Shown here piece after piece: positions 36,887 through 37,772 of a stretch of DNA of 37,772 bases. A program made the position numbers and the translations under genes. Position 1 is the stretch's first letter, and the number at the start of each line of letters is the position of its first letter. Location of the stretch: positions 1-37,772 of the IMG/VR virus record IMGVR_UViG_3300032330_001151, one strand, 5' to 3'. The notes under the pieces were generated by a model, which had not been told where the DNA came from, did not search any database, and worked only from the letters and a program-made list of their open reading frames with translations. This stretch comes from a virus (lineage: Duplodnaviria > Caudoviricetes).

Positions 36887-37772
36887 CCACAGCTAGAGTA
36901 ATCATTAAAGATGAGACAAATGTCAAGATAGAAAATTTAGATCTTGACACACGCAAAGCGTTGGTCAAAAAATTCAAGTATGAAGACCCGACTGCACGGT
37001 ATCGCCCGGCCTATAAATTAGGTCGTTGGGACGGTACCGTGAGTTTTTTCGGTCTAGGTGGAACTACCTATTTGAGCATGTTGCCACAGGTATTAGAGTT
37101 CCTTGAATCAAAGAATTTCTACATAGAACTTGAGGATTTACGCACTCCTATCACCTTAGATTTTGAACAAATTTCTGAGGATTTTTGGGGTGAAAAATGC
37201 TGGCCTGTAGGACATCGATTTGCGGGACAGCCTATTCGTTTGCGAGATGACCAAGTCAATGTAGTCAATAAATTTTTAGAAAACCCTCAGTGCATACAAG
37301 AAATTGCCACAGGTTTTGGTAAAACTATTACCACTGCAACACTGGCAAAAATTTGTGAAAAATACGGAAGAACTATCACTATTGTCCCGAACAAAAGCCT
37401 TGTCGAACAAACAGAAGAAGATTTTATTAACTGCGGCCTTGACGTCGGAGTTTATTACGGCGACAGAAAAAATCTTGATCGAACACATACTATCTGTACT
37501 TGGCAAAGTCTCAATATCTTAGACAAAGGTTCCAAAGAATTTGACGGTGAAGAACAGTTAGCTAGACTAACAGAATTGCTAGGAGGTGTCAGTTGCGTTA
37601 TGGTTGACGAGGTACATATGGCCAAGGCAGAAGTACTAAAAACCTTGTTAACTCGTAATCTAGCTAATGCCCCCATTCGTTGGGGACTGACAGGAACTGT
37701 ACCAAAAGCAGACCACGAATTTCAAAGCATCCGTGCTAGTTTAGGCGAGGTTGTTCACCGTGTAGCCGCACA
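36883..37772 (+). CDS. uvsW: SF2 DNA helicase UvsW-like, 3'-partial (absent from the ORF track)
   Basis: TTG start overlapping the previous TGA; translates MTTARVIIKDE...'YKLGRWDG'...'LRDDQ'...'ATGFGKT'...'VDEVH'...'GLTGT' and runs off the window. Confidence 0.9.
   Translation, partial: MTTARVIIKDETNVKIENLDLDTRKALVKKFKYEDPTARYRPAYKLGRWDGTVSFFGLGGTTYLSMLPQVLEFLESKNFYIELEDLRTPITLDFEQISEDFWGEKCWPVGHRFAGQPIRLRDDQVNVVNKFLENPQCIQEIATGFGKTITTATLAKICEKYGRTITIVPNKSLVEQTEEDFINCGLDVGVYYGDRKNLDRTHTICTWQSLNILDKGSKEFDGEEQLARLTELLGGVSCVMVDEVHMAKAEVLKTLLTRNLANAPIRWGLTGTVPKADHEFQSIRASLGEVVHRVAA

Noticed and set aside
1-37772. Stop-codon reassignment
   Set aside because: Genes are full length and densely packed under the standard code, and TAA, TGA and TAG all occur as real stops.

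Overview
The window is part of a large T4-like myophage genome and uses the standard genetic code. Positions 1-16159 form an adsorption cassette: a partial fibre-like protein, a 1054-aa virion protein, two paralogous repeat-built tail fibres with C-terminal S74-type chaperones, three tandem LamG/lectin-like paralogs, and a small operon ending in a glycosyltransferase. Positions 16151-30461 carry a rearranged morphogenesis module: NUDIX, gp15/gp14/gp13-like neck genes, dNMP kinase, HNH-like protein, tail sheath, tail tube, a tube-like baseplate protein, gp4, and the small and large terminase. Positions 32715-37772 carry a gp32-uvsX-uvsY-uvsW recombination cluster. The most notable observations are: (i) seven genes have a TAAATA late-promoter box 5-7 nt before the ATG with no Shine-Dalgarno, suggesting leaderless late mRNAs; (ii) acidic ORFs around the terminase look like head-packaged, protease-processed cargo, one with a T4-like capsid-targeting N-terminus; (iii) the twin fibres share 96 identical N-terminal residues although about 44 of those codons differ synonymously; (iv) a promoter with repeated palindromes lies upstream of gp32. 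All product calls rest on motif recognition and gene context; no database search was run.
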